A stretch of DNA of 59,609 nucleotides, filler included, from Nemertoderma westbladi (lineage: Eukaryota > Animalia > Xenacoelomorpha): the NCBI GenBank assembly GCA_032718475.1. It is 3 parts of 3 records of this genome, joined end to end, with 100 filler letters (N's around TTAATTAATTAA, not from the genome) between each part and the next. Parts side by side here need not be neighbours in the genome. Positions count along the whole stretch, not along the records: positions 18,063 to 40,823 come from JAUCBJ010006497.1; 2 more parts are not named here. The stretch is one strand, 5' to 3'. A program made the translations under genes and the position numbers. The notes beneath the pieces are model-generated. The model was not told where the DNA came from, searched no databases, and saw only the letters and a program-made list of their open reading frames with translations. The number at the start of each line of letters is the position of its first letter. Position 1 is the stretch's first letter. This document shows positions 25,931-38,900 of this stretch, piece after piece.

Positions 25931-26629
25931 ACTATTTGCATGAATTGACCCACCCCCTAACAGTGTCAATTCGCTAAGGCTCCGCCAACTTCGTGGCTCG
26001 CCCCACATAATCAAAATATTCTAGAACATTGTGTATTAATTTAATAGAATAAATGGCCTGCAGTGTAAGCTAATACATGCAAAATTCAAATGCCAATAAC
26101 TCAGCTATTTCCCAACCAAATTCAATTATTTTTACATATTTGGAATCCTTGCACGGTCAGCTTTCCACTAATACCAACAAATCACTAAATGTTTGAAGAA
26201 TAACTGCGGTGTAACACACGCGACGGAGACACCTTGTTCAAACGCTTGTAGCTAAAGAATGAAAGCCAAAATAAAAATTCTGGCTCACCCAGCAAGGAGG
26301 AGGGAGGTGAAACTATCTCTGTTTCAAATTACATGCAATCTCATTAAGATTTGTAGAAAAAAATTGGGGGGGGGGGGGGGGGGGGGGGCGGGTCCAGGTA
26401 CCTGAATAACGACACTATATTCCAGGACATTGTGTAATATTTTAATTTTAATCATAAAATCAAGCAATCACACACAATCTGTTAAAGAAAAAAAAGTCAA
26501 TGTAGCAAGTCATTAATGTATCAATTACGGTAACGTAAACAATTTTCCAAATTTAAATTGTAGGCATATCAGCCTATTCCAGTATTCTACCGATTAGGCC
26601 CCTATCTGCCTATTAATTTATTTTTACAG

Positions 26630-26757
26630 TTTCAGGCAACGAAAAAACCAATCCCGGTACTTTTGAAGAAATGCACAAGAAGTGCAAAGATGTTTATCCG
26701 GTTGTTATGGATGGAATGAGTTTGGTGCTAAATAGAGGACTTTCTAATCATTTCCAG
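26630..26757 (+). CDS. TOMM40: TOMM40 coding exon 2
   Basis: Encodes NPGTFEEMHKKCKDVYPVVMDGMSLVLNRGLSNHFQ, a hallmark Tom40 motif. Acceptor TTTTTACAG and donor CAG|GTGAT. Missed by the ORF track. Confidence 0.95.
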
Positions 26758-27033
26758 GTGATTTATAATATTATTATTATTATATGACAATAGGGGTAAT
26801 TATAGCCCACACCATAGGGGCAATTGTTTTTCCTGATTATTTATTCGGTGTGTTGATGTTAATAATTACATAACATTCCCGATAATATGGTATTCGAATT
26901 CGTATTATAAATTACCAGTAATTTACATTATATTCCATCTGATCATATCTTTATCAATATTTTGATGTTAACTTAATCAATTGTGATTGGAAATCGTTTC
27001 ACTTTCAACATTATTGCATTTACGCCCGTTTAG

Positions 27034-27360
27034 GTCCACCATAAAGTAAACCTACCCCAGGCGACGCCGGCCTCGTACAACTTCGGAGCGACGTACGTCG
27101 GAACCAAACAGTTCGGCCCCACAGAATCCTTCCCGGTTCTACTGGGCGAGATGGACGGCTCGGGAAGTCTCAACGCCCAGATAATCCACGGCTTTACCAG
27201 ACGACTTAAAAGCAAGTTGGTCGCGCAGACTCAGAAGGAGAAGTTCCAGATGGTGCAGGGCGAGTTGGAGTACAAAGGGGACGAGTTTACCGCTAGTGTA
27301 GCCACAGTTAATCCCGACCCTCTGAATCTAGGAGGGGTATTCCTAGCACATTACCTGCAG
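27034..27360 (+). CDS. TOMM40: TOMM40 coding exon 3
   Basis: VHHKVNL...YNFGATYVGTKQFGPTESFPVLLGEMDGSGSLNAQIIH...AHYLQ, with AG/GT boundaries and phase 0 at both ends. Confidence 0.96.
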
Positions 27361-27432
27361 GTGGGTTGTTCCTCTGGTTGTCAAGTACACAGTTTCCGTA
27401 ACTCCTCGATTAGACGAGAGCGAATAGACGAG

Positions 27433-29258
27433 CCGTAACATCCCAGCTAAACGAGTTTATTTTCACTCTGTAACACCCCAACTAAACGAGTTTATTTTCA
27501 CTCCGTAACACCCCAACTAAACGAGTTTATTTTCACTCCGTTACACCCCAACTAAACGAGTTTATTTTCACTCTGTAACACCCCAACTAAACGAGTTTAT
27601 TTTCACTCCGTAACACCCCAACTAAACGAGTTTATTTTCACTCCGTAACAACTCAACTAAACGAGTTTATTTTCACTCCGTAACACCCCAACTAAACGAG
27701 TTTATTTTCACTCCGTTACACCCCAACTAAACGAGTTTATTTTCACTCCGTAACACCCCAACTAAACGAGTTTATTTTCACTCTGTAACACCCCAACTAA
27801 ACGAGTTTATTTTCACTCCGTAACACCCCAACTAAACGAGTTTATTTTCACTCCGTTACACCCCAACTAAACGAGTTTATTTTCAATCCGTAACAACTCA
27901 ACTAAACGAGTTTATTTTCACTCCGTAACACCCCAACTAAACGAGTTTATTTTCACTCCGTAACACCCCAACTAAACGAGTTTATTTTCACTCCGTTACA
28001 CCCCAACTAAACGAGTTTATTTTCACTCCGTAACAACTCAACTAAACGAGTTTATTTTCACTCCGTAACACCCCAACTAAACGAGTTTATTTTCACTCCG
28101 TTACACCCCAACTAAACGAGTTTATTTTCACTCCGTAACACCCCAACTAAACGAGTTTATTTTCACTCTGTAACACCCCAACTAAACGAGTTTATTTTCA
28201 CTCCGTAACACCCCAACTAAACGAGTTTATTTTCACTCCGTTACACCCCAACTAAACGAGTTTATTTTCAATCCGTAACAACTCAACTAAACGAGTTTAT
28301 TTTCACTCCGTAACACCCCAACTAAACGAGTTTATTTTCACTCCGTAACAACTCAACTAAACGAGTTTATTTTCACTCCGTAACACCCCAACTAAACGAG
28401 TTTATTTTCACTCCGTTACACCCCAACTAAACGAGTTTATTTTCACTCCGTAACACCCCAACTAAACGAGTTTATTTTCACTCTGTAACACCCCAACTAA
28501 ACGAGTTTATTTTCACTCCGTAACACCCCAACTAAACGAGTTTATTTTCACTCCGTTACACCCCAACTAAACGAGTTTATTTTCAATCCGTAACAACTCA
28601 ACTAAACGAGTTTATTTTCACTCCGTAACACCCCAACTAAACGAGTTTATTTTCACTCCGTAACACCCCAACTAAACGAGTTTATTTTCACTCCGTTACA
28701 CCCCAACTAAACGAGTTTATTTTCACTCCGTAACACCCCAACTAAACGAGTTTATTTTCACTCCGTAACACCCCAACTAAACGAGTTTATTTTCACTCCG
28801 TAACGCCCCAACTAAACGAGTTTATTTTCACTCCGTAACACCCCAACTAAACGAGTTTATTTTCACTCCGTAACACCCCAACTAAACGAGTTTATTTTCA
28901 CTCCGTAACAACTCAACTAAACGAGTTTATTTTCACTCCGTAACACCCCAACTAAACGAGTTTATTTTCACTCCGTAACACCCCAACTAAACGAGTTTAT
29001 TTTCACTCCGTAACACCCCAACTAAACGAGTTTATTTTCACTCCGTAACAACTCAACTAAACGAGTTTATTTTCACTCCGTAACACCCCAACTAAACGAG
29101 TTTATTTTCACTCCGTAACACCCCAACTAAACGAGTATATTTTCACTCCGTAGCACCCCAACTAAACGAGTTTATTTTCACTCCGTAACACCCCAACTAA
29201 ACGAGTTTATTTTCACTCCGTTACACCCCAACTAAGCGAGTTTACTTTCTCTTTCTAG
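27433..29258. repeat. 35-bp tandem array, about 52 copies, filling TOMM40 intron 3
   Basis: Unit CCGTAACACCCCAACTAAACGAGTTTATTTTCACT. Confidence 0.97.
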
Positions 29259-29681
29259 ACCGTAACACCCCAATTGACACTCGGCGGAGAGTTTCTCTTT
29301 ACTCGCGGCGGCGCCAACCCAGTGAACTCCGTGATAACGGTGGCGGCCCGGTACCGCACCCCAATCTACTCAGCCGCTGCCAACCTCGGCCCCGGGGGAA
29401 TCAACGCAACCTACTGGCACAAAGCCAACGAGAACATACAATTCGGACTGGAGTTAGAGAGTAGTCTACGGGCAAAGGAGTCTACTGTCTCCCTGGGTTA
29501 CCAGGTTGACCTCCCCCAGGCTGAAATGACGTTTAAGGGGACACTGGATTCCAATTGGACGATTGCTGGTGTTCTAGAAAAGAAGTTGTACCCCTTACCG
29601 CTTAGTCTTTTACTCAGTGGGACGTTGAACCACAAACGGGAGGCTTGTCGTTTCGGCATGGGTCTACATGTCGGCAACTAG
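29259..29681 (+). CDS. TOMM40: TOMM40 coding exon 4 (terminal)
   Basis: TVTPQLTLGGE...FKGTLDSNWTIAGVLEKKL...RFGMGLHVGN*, ending in a beta-signal-like C-terminus. The four exons total 1023 nt, giving 340 aa. Confidence 0.96.
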   Translation, partial: TVTPQLTLGGEFLFTRGGANPVNSVITVAARYRTPIYSAAANLGPGGINATYWHKANENIQFGLELESSLRAKESTVSLGYQVDLPQAEMTFKGTLDSNWTIAGVLEKKLYPLPLSLLLSGTLNHKREACRFGMGLHVGN

Positions 29682-29873
29682 TTCAATTTATTGTTCTACA
29701 GTTATTATTGTAGTTGAAAGAAATTTTTGCGCCACCGAGAGTTTGAGAATATCGCCTAGTATTTTATGTGAGCGGGTTTTTAGTTGTGCTTAATATTTCA
29801 GTGCGACAACAACAATGCGATTGTGATTCCGATTATGCAATTCTGTACATTATAGCTGCAATCATTTAGTTGT

Positions 29874-29879
29874 AATAAA
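29874..29879 (+). promoter_or_regulatory. Probable TOMM40 polyadenylation signal
   Basis: AATAAA about 190 nt after the stop, followed by a T-rich tract. Confidence 0.55.
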
Positions 29880-29929
29880 TAATGCGATACAGCGTTTAAC
29901 GTTGACTTTTATTTTTGTAAATGAATGAA

Positions 29930-32900
29930 AGTTCCCTCGGGTATTTAGTTACCATGTACCTATTTAGTTCTCTTGTATATTAGTTCTCCCTGTATATTAG
30001 TTTCCCTGTATATTAGTTCCCCTATATATTAGTTCCCCAGTATATTAGTTTCCCTGTATATTAGTTCACCTGTTTATTAGTTCTCCTGTATATTAGTTCT
30101 CCCTGTATATTATTCCCTGTATATTAGTTCCCCTATATATTTGTTCTCCTGTATATTAGTTCCCCAGAATATTAGTTCCCCTGTACATTAATTCTCAATT
30201 ATATTAGTTCCCCAATATATTAGTTCCCCCATATATTAGTTCCCCTGTTTATTAGTTCTCCCTGTTTATTAGTTCCCCTATATATTAGTTCCACTGTATA
30301 TTAGTTCCCCTATATATTAGTTCCCCTATATATTAGTTCCCCTGTATATTAGTTCCCCTATATATTAGTTCACCTGTATATTTTAGTTCTCCCTGTATAT
30401 TAGTTCCCCTGTACATTAGTTCTCTCTGTTTATTATTTCCCCTATATATTAGTTCCCCTATATATTAGTTCCCCTGTATATTAGTTCCCCTATATATTAG
30501 TTCACCTGTATATTTTAGTTCTCCCTGTATATTAGTTCCCCTGTACATTAGTTCTCCCTGTTTATTAATTTCCCTATATATTAGTTCCCCAGTATATTAG
30601 TTCCCCTATATATTAGTTCCCCTGTTTATTAGTTCTCCTGTATATTAGTTCTCCCTGTATATTATTCCCTGTATATTAGTTCCCCTATATATTTGTTCTC
30701 CTGTATATTAGTTCCCCAGAATATTAGTTCCCCTGTACATTAATTCTCAATTATATTAGTTCCCCTGTATATTAGTTCCACTTTATATTAGTTCCCCTAT
30801 ATATTAGTTCCCCTATATATTAGTTCCCCTGTTTATTAGTTCTCCCTGTTTATTAGTTCCCCTATATATTAGTTCCACTTTATATTAGTTCCCCTATATA
30901 TTAGTTCCCCTATATATTAGTTCCCCTGTATATTAGTTCCCCTGTATATTAGTTCACCTGTATATTTTAGTTCTCCCTGTATATTAGTTCCCCTGTACAT
31001 TAGTTATCTCTGTTTATTAGTTTTCCTGTTTATTAGTTTCCCTATATATTAGATCCCCTGTATATTAGTTCCCCTGTATATTAGTTCTTTCTGTTTATTA
31101 GTTCCACTGTATGTATATAAGTTCTCTCTGTTTATTAGTTCCACTGTATGTTAGTTCTCCCTGTATATTAGTTCCACTGTATGTATATAAGTTCTCTCCG
31201 TTTATTAGTTCCCCTGTATATTAATTCTACCTGTATATTAGTTCCACTGTATGTATATAAGTTCTCTCTGTTTTTTAGTTCCCCTATATCGTGACCATAG
31301 AGCCAGAACAACACATACCACAATTTTTCAAAAAAAAATTTTTTCACCAAAATTACTCAAGATGGCGTTCTATAACTTATGTTAAAATCCTAGACTTGTA
31401 TGTCAGTCCGTTTAGGAGATATGGAAAACCAGAACAACCCTCACAACATAAAAGTGAGAGGTAAAACAACACACACAGACTGAGTTAATGTTAAATTTCA
31501 GTATGTGTTGTTTTGCTTCTTTGGAAAATAACGAAAAATACAGTTTTTTTCATTAACAAAATTTATTCTGAATGCTAGCCACTATTATAAAATGTATCAT
31601 TGTATCTTCCCAGACCTCTCTCGAAAAAATTAGGAGACGGGATCCATATAGAGGGAAACGATAAGGTTTTTTGCATTTTTCTCGAAACCACATTTTTTGG
31701 TGAGTGTTGTTCTGGCTCTTTGGTCACGATATATAAGTTCTCTCTGTTTATTAGTTTCTCTGTATATTAGTTCTCTCTTTTTATTAGTTTTCCTGTTTAT
31801 TAGTTCCCCTATATATTAGTTCCCCTGTATATTAGTTCTCCCTTTATATTAGTTTCCCTGTATATTAGTTCTCCCTGTGTATTAGTTTCCCTTTATATTG
31901 GTTCTCCCTGTTTATTAGTTTCCCTGTATATTAGTTCCCTTGTATATTAGTTCCCATGTATATTAGTTCTCGCTGTTATTAGTTCCCCTGTATATTAGTT
32001 CCCCTGTATATTAGTTCTCTCTGTTTATTAGTTTCCCTATATATTAGTTCCCCTGTATATTAGTTCTCTCTGTTTATTAGTTTTCCTGTTTATTAGTTCC
32101 CCTATATATTAGTTCCCCTGTATATTAGTTCCCCTGTATATTAGTTCCCCTATATATTAGTTCCCCTATATATTAGTTCTCTCTGTTTATTAGTTTCCCT
32201 GTATATTAGTTCTCTCTGTTTATTAGTTTCCCTGTATATTAGTTCCCCTATATATTAGTTCCCCTGTATAATAGTTCCCTTGTATATTAGTTCTCCCTGT
32301 ATATTAGTTCCCCTGTATATTAGTTCCCCTGTATATTAGTTCTCTCTGTTTATTAGTTTCCCTATATATTAGTTCCCCTGTATATTTTAGTTCTCCCTGT
32401 ATATTAGTTCCCCTGTATATTAGTTATCCCTGTATATTAGTTCCCCTGTATATTAATTCCCCTATATATTAGTTCCCCTGTATATTAGTTCCCTTATATA
32501 TTAGTTCCCCTGTATATTATTCCCCTGTATATTAGTTCCCCTGTATATTAGTTCCCCTATATATTAGTTCTCCCTGTATATTAGTTCCCCTGTATATTAG
32601 TTCTCTCTGTTTATTAGTTTTCCTGTTTATTAGTTTTCCTGTTTATTAGTTTTCCTGTTTATTAGTTTCCCTATATATTAGTTCCCCTGTATATTTTAGT
32701 TCTCCCTGTATATTAGTTCCCCTGTATATTAGTTATCCCTGTATATTAGTTCCCCTGTATATTAATTCCCCTATATATTAGTTCCCCTGTATATTAGTTC
32801 CCTTATATATTAGTTCCCCTGTATATTATTCCCCTGTATATTAGTTCTCTCTGTTTATTAGTTTTCCTGTTTATTAGTTTTCCTGTTTATTAGTTCCCCT

Positions 32901-35900
32901 ATATATTAGTTCCCCTATATATTAGTTCCCCTGTATATTAGTTCCCCTATATATTAGTTCCCCTATATATTAGTTCCCCTGTATATTAGTTCTCTCTGTT
33001 TATTAGTTTCCCTGTATATTAGTTATCTCTGTTTATTAGTTTCCCTGTATATTAGTTCCCCTATATATTAGTTCCCCTGTATATTAGTTCCCTTGTATAT
33101 TAGTTCTCCCTGTATATTAGTTCCCCTGTATATTAGTTCCCCTATATATTAGTTTTCCTGTTTATTATTCCCCTGTATATTAGTTCTCTCTGTTTATTAG
33201 TTTTCCTGTTTATTAGTTTTCCTGTTTATTAGTTCCCCTGTATATTAGTTCCCCTGTATATTATTCCCCTGTATATTAGTTCTCTCTGTTTATTAGTTTT
33301 CCTGTTTATTAGTTTTCCTGTTTATTAGTTCCCCTATATATTAGTTCCCCTGTATATTAGTTCCCCTGTATATTAGTTCCCCTATATATTAGTTCCCCTG
33401 TATATTAGTTCTCTCTGTTTATTAGTTTCCTGGATATTAGTTCTCTCTGTTTATTAGTTTCCCTGTATATTAGTTCCCCTATATATTAGTTCCCCTGTAT
33501 ATTAGTTCCCTTGTATATTAGTTCTCCTTGTATATTAGTTCCCCTATATATTAGTTCCCCTGTATATTAGTTCTCTCTGTTTATTAGTTTCCCTGTATAT
33601 TAGTTCTCTCTGTTTGTTGGTTTCCCTGTATATTAGTTCCCCTATATATTAGTTCCCCTGTATATTAGTTCCCTTGTATATTAGTTCTCCTTGTATATTA
33701 GTTCCCCTATATATTAGTTCCCCTGTATATTAGTTCTCTCTGTTTATTAGTTTCCTGGATATTAGTTCTCTCTGTTTATTAGTTTCCCTGTATATTAGTT
33801 CCCCTATATATTAGTTCCCCTGTATATTAGTTCCCTTGTATATTAGTTCTCCTTGTATATTAGTTCCCCTATATATTAGTTCCCCTGTATATTAGTTCTC
33901 TCTGTTTATTAGTTTCCTGGATATTAGTTCTCTCTGTTTATTAGTTTCCCTGTATATTAGTTCCCCTATATATTAGTTCCCCTGTATATTAGTTCCCCTA
34001 TATATTAGTTCCCCTGTATATTTTAGTTCTCCCTGTATATTAGTTCCCCTGTATATTAGTTCTCTCTGTATATTAGTTCCCCTATATATTAGTTCCCCTG
34101 TATATTAGTTCCACTGTATATTAGTTCCCTTGTATATTAGTTCTCCCTGTATATTAGTTCCCCTGTATATTAGTTCCCCTATATATTAGTTCCCCTGTAT
34201 ATTAGTTCCCTTGTATATTAGTTCTCCCTGTATATTAGTTCCACCGTATATTAGTTCCCTTGTATATTAGTTCTCCCTGTATATTAGTTCCCCTGTATAT
34301 TAGTTCTCTCTGTTTATTAGTTTCCCTGTATATTAGTTCCCCTGTATATTAGTTCCCCTGTATATTAGTTCCCCTATATATTAGTTCTCTCTGTTTATTA
34401 GTTTCCCTGTATATTAGTTCTCCCTGTATATTAGTTCCCCTGTATATTAGTTTCCATATATATTAGTTCCCTTGCATATTAGTTCCCCTGTATATTAGTT
34501 CCCCTGTATATTAGTTCCCCTGTATATTAGTTCCCCTGTATATTGGTTCTCCCTGTATATTAGTTCCCCTGTATATTAGTTCCCCTGTATATTAGTTCCC
34601 CTGTATATTAGTTCCCCTGTATATTGGTTCTCCCTGTTTATTAGTTTCCCTGTATATTAGTTCCCCTGTATATTAGTTCCCCTGTATATTAGTTCCCCTG
34701 TATATTGGTTCTCCCTGTTTATTAGTTTCCCTGTATATTAGTTCCCCTGTATATTAGTTCCCCTGTATATTAGTTCCCCTGTATATTAGTTCCCCTGTAT
34801 ATTAGTTCCCCTGTATATTGGTTCTCCCTGTTCATTAGTTTCCCTGTATATTAGTTCCCCTGTATATTGGTTCTCCCTGTTCATTAGTTCCCCTGTATAT
34901 TAGTTCCCTTGTATATTAGTTCTCCCTGTATATTAGTTCCCCTGTATATTAGTTCCCCTATATATTAGTTCTCTCTGTTTATTAGTTTCCCTGTATATTA
35001 GTTCTCTCTGTTTATGAGTTCCCCTATATATTAGTTCCCCTATATATTAGTTCCCCTGTATATTAGTTCCCCTGTATATTAGTTCCCCTGTATATGGGTT
35101 CTCCCTGTTTATTAGTTTCCCTGTGTATTAGTTCCCCTGTATATTAGTTCCCCTGAATATTAGTTCCCCTGTATATTAGTTCCCCTGTATAATGTATATT
35201 GGTTCTCCCTGTTTATTAGTTTCCCTGTATATTAGTTCCCCTATATATTAGTTCCCCTGTATATTAGTTCCCTTGTATATTAGTTCTCCCTGTATATTAG
35301 TTCCCCTGTATATTAGTTCCCCTATATATTAGTTCTCTCTGTTTATTAGTTTCCCTGTATATTAGTTCTCTCTGTTTATTAGTTACCCTGTATATTAGTT
35401 CCCCTATATATTAGTTCCCCTGTATATTAGTTCCCTTGTATATTAGTTATCCCTGTATATTAGTTCCCCTGTATATTAGTTCCCCTATATATTAGTTCTC
35501 TCTGTTTATTAGTTCCCTTGTATATTAGTTATCCCTGTATATTAGTTCCCATGTATATTAGTTCCCCTATATATTAGTTCTCTCTGTTTATTAGTTACCC
35601 TGTATATTAGTTCCCCTATATATTAGTTCCCCTGTATATTAGTTCCCTTGTATATTAGTTATCCCTGTATATTAGTTCCCCTGTATATTAGTTCCCCTAT
35701 ATATTAGTTCTCTCTGTTTATTAGTTTCCCTGTATATTAGTTCTCTCTGTTTATTAGTTCCCCTATATATTAGTTCCCCTGTATATTAGTTCCCTTGTAT
35801 ATTAGTTCTCCCTGTATATTAGTTCCCCTGTATATTAGTTCCCCTATATATTAGTTCTCTCTGTTTATTAGTTTCCCTGTATATTAGTTCTCTCTGTTTA

Positions 35901-38900
35901 TTAGTTACCCTGTATATTAGTTCCCCTATATATTAGTTCCCCTGTATATTAGTTCCCCTGTATATTAGTTCTCTCTGTTTATTAGTTTCCCTGTATATTA
36001 GTTCTCTCTGTTTATTAGTTTCCCTGTATATTAGTTCTCTCTGTTTGTTAGTTTCCCTGTATATTAGTTCTCAATTATATTACTTCCCCTGTATATTAGT
36101 TCCCTTGTATATTAGTTCTCCCTGTATATTAGTTCCCCTGTATATTAGTTCCCCTATATATTAGTTCTCTCTGTTTATTAGTTTCCCTGTATATTAGTTC
36201 TCTCTGTTTATTAGTTACCCTGTATATTAGTTCCCCTATATATTAGTTCCCCTGTATATTAGTTCCCCTGTATATTAGTTCTCTCTGTTTATTAGTTCCC
36301 CTGTATATTAGTTCCCCTGTATATTAGTTCTCTCTGTTTATTAGTTTCCCTGTATATTAGTTCTCTCTGTTTATTAGTTTCCCTGTATATTAGTTCTCTC
36401 TGTTTATTAGTTTCCCTGTATATTAGTTCTCTCTGTTTATTAGTTTCCCTGTATATTAGTTCTCTCTGTTTATTAGTTCCCCTGTATATTAGTTCCCCTA
36501 TATATTAGTTCTCTCTGTTTATTAGTTCCCTTGTATATTAGTTATCCCTGTATATTAGTTCCCATGTATATTAGTTCCCCTATATATTAGTTCTCTCTGT
36601 TTATTAGTTACCCTGTATATTAGTTCCCCTATATATTAGTTCCCCTGTATATTAGTTCCCTTGTATATTAGTTATCCCTGTATATTAGTTCCCCTGTATA
36701 TTAGTTCCCCTATATATTAGTTCTCTCTGTTTATTAGTTTCCCTGTATATTAGTTCTCTCTGTTTATTAGTTCCCCTATATATTAGTTCCCCTGTATATT
36801 AGTTCCCTTGTATATTAGTTCTCCCTGTATATTAGTTCCCCTGTATATTAGTTCCCCTATATATTAGTTCTCTCTGTTTATTAGTTTCCCTGTATATTAG
36901 TTCTCTCTGTTTATTAGTTACCCTGTATATTAGTTCCCCTATATATTAGTTCCCCTGTATATTAGTTCCCCTGTATATTAGTTCTCTCTGTTTATTAGTT
37001 TCCCTGTATATTAGTTCTCTCTGTTTATTAGTTTCCCTGTATATTAGTTCTCTCTGTTTATTAGTTTCCCTGTATATTAGTTCTCTCTGTTTATTAGTTC
37101 CCCTATATATTAGTTTCCCTGTATATTAGTTCCCTTGTATATTAGTTCTCCCTGTATATTAGTTCCCCTGTATATTAGTTCCCCTATATATTAGTTCTCT
37201 CTGTTTATTAGTTTCCCTGTATATTAGTTCTCTCTGTTTATTAGTTACCCTGTATATTAGTTCCCCTATATATTAGTTCCCCTGTATATTAGTTCCCCTG
37301 TATATTAGTTCTCTCTGTTTATTAGTTTCCCTGTATATTAGTTCTCTCTGTTTATTAGTTCCCCTATATATTAGTTCCCCTGTATATTAGTTCCCTTGTA
37401 TATTAGTTCTCCCTGTATATTAGTTCCCCTGTATATTAGTTCCCCTATATATTAGTTCTCTCTGTTTATTAGTTTCCCTGTATATTAGTTCTCTCTGTTT
37501 ATTAGTTACCCTGTATATTAGTTCCCCTATATATTAGTTCCCCTATATATTAGTTCCCCTGTATATTAGTTCTCTCTGTTTATTAGTTTCCCTGTATATT
37601 AGTTCTCTCTGTTTATTAGTTTCCCTGTATATTAGTTCTCTCTGTTTGTTAGTTTCCCTGTATATTAGTTCTCAATTATATTACTTCCCCTCTATATTAC
37701 TTCCCCTGTATAGTAGTTATCCTGTATATTAGTTCCCTTGTATATTACTTCCCCTGTATAGTAGTTCTCCTGTATATTAGTTCCCATGTATATTAGTTCT
37801 CCGTGTACATTATTTCCCCTGTATATTAGTTCCCATGTTTATTAGCTCCCCTGTATATTAGTTATCGCTGTTATTAGTTCCCCTGTATATTAGTTCTCCC
37901 TGTAAATAAGTTCCCTTGTATATTAGTTCTCCCTATATATTAGTTCTCTCTGTTTATTAGTTTCCATATATATTAGTTCCCTTGTATATTAGTTCCCCTG
38001 TATATTAGTTCCCCTGTATATTAGTTCCCATGTATATTAGTTCCCCTGTATATTAGTTCCCCTGTATATTGGTTCTCCCTGTTCATTAGTTTCCCTGTAT
38101 ATTAGTTCCCCTGTATATTGGTTCCCCTGTATATTAGTTCCCTTGTATATTGGTTCTCCATGTTCATTAGTTTCCCTGTATATTAGTTTCCCCTGTATAT
38201 TAGTTCCCCTGTATATTAGTTCCCCTGTATATTGGTTCTCCCTGTTTATTAGTTTCCCTGTATATTAGTTCCCCTGTATATTAATTTCCCTGTATATTAG
38301 TTCTCCCTGTATATTTGTTCTCTCTGTTTATTATTTCCCCAGTATATTAGTTCTCTTATGTATTAGTTCTCCTGTATATTAGTTCCCTTGTATATTACTT
38401 CCCCTGTATAGTAGTTCTCCTGTATATTAGTTCCCATGTATATTAGTTCTCCGTGTACATTATTTCCCCTGTATATTAGTTCCCATGTTTATTAGCTCCC
38501 CTGTATATTAGTTCTCGCTGTTATTAGTTCCCCTGTATATTAGTTCTCCCTGTAAATGAGTTCCCCTGTATATTAGTTCTCCTGTATATTTGTTCTCTCT
38601 GTTTATTAGTTCCCCAGTATTTTAGTTCTCTTATGTATTAGTTCCCCTGTATATTAGTTCCCCTGTATATTGGTTCTCCCTGTTTATTAGTTTCCCTGTA
38701 TATTAGTTCCCCTGTATATTAGTTCCCCTGTATATTAGTTCCCCTGTATATTAATTATCCCTGTATATTAGTTCACCTGTATATTAGTTCCCCTGTATAT
38801 TACTTCCCCTGTGTAGTAGTTCTCCTGTATATTAGTTCCCATGTATATTAGTTCTCCGTGTACATTATTTCCCCGGTATGTTAGTTCCCATGTTTATTAG

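Larger units (their letters stand above)
24345..26010 (+). mobile_element. Non-autonomous Helentron/HINE-like element with three 315-bp internal repeats and an (ACG)n tract
   Basis: Subterminal inverted motifs CACGAAGTGGGGCCTTCGCG and CGCTAAGGCTCC....ACTTCGTG, a microsatellite near the 3' end, no coding capacity, and a second copy at 9570-10335. Confidence 0.6.
23876..26434. mobile_element. Foldback MITE family A, complete, carrying a central insertion
   Basis: TA|CACCATGTCCTGGAATATAGTGTCGTTATTCAGG at the left and its near-perfect reverse complement at 26401-26434. Arms are about 430 bp and the TA target is duplicated. Confidence 0.92.
23305..26530 (-). mobile_element. Older inverted family B copy, split by a family A insertion
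   Basis: 23310-23392 is the reverse complement of 22845-22912, and 23575-23785 of about 21920-22115. It resumes at 26437 and ends TTACGG|TA. Confidence 0.8.

Noticed and set aside
25814-26014. Protamine-like Arg-rich ORF
   Set aside because: Reverse translation of the (ACG)n tract.
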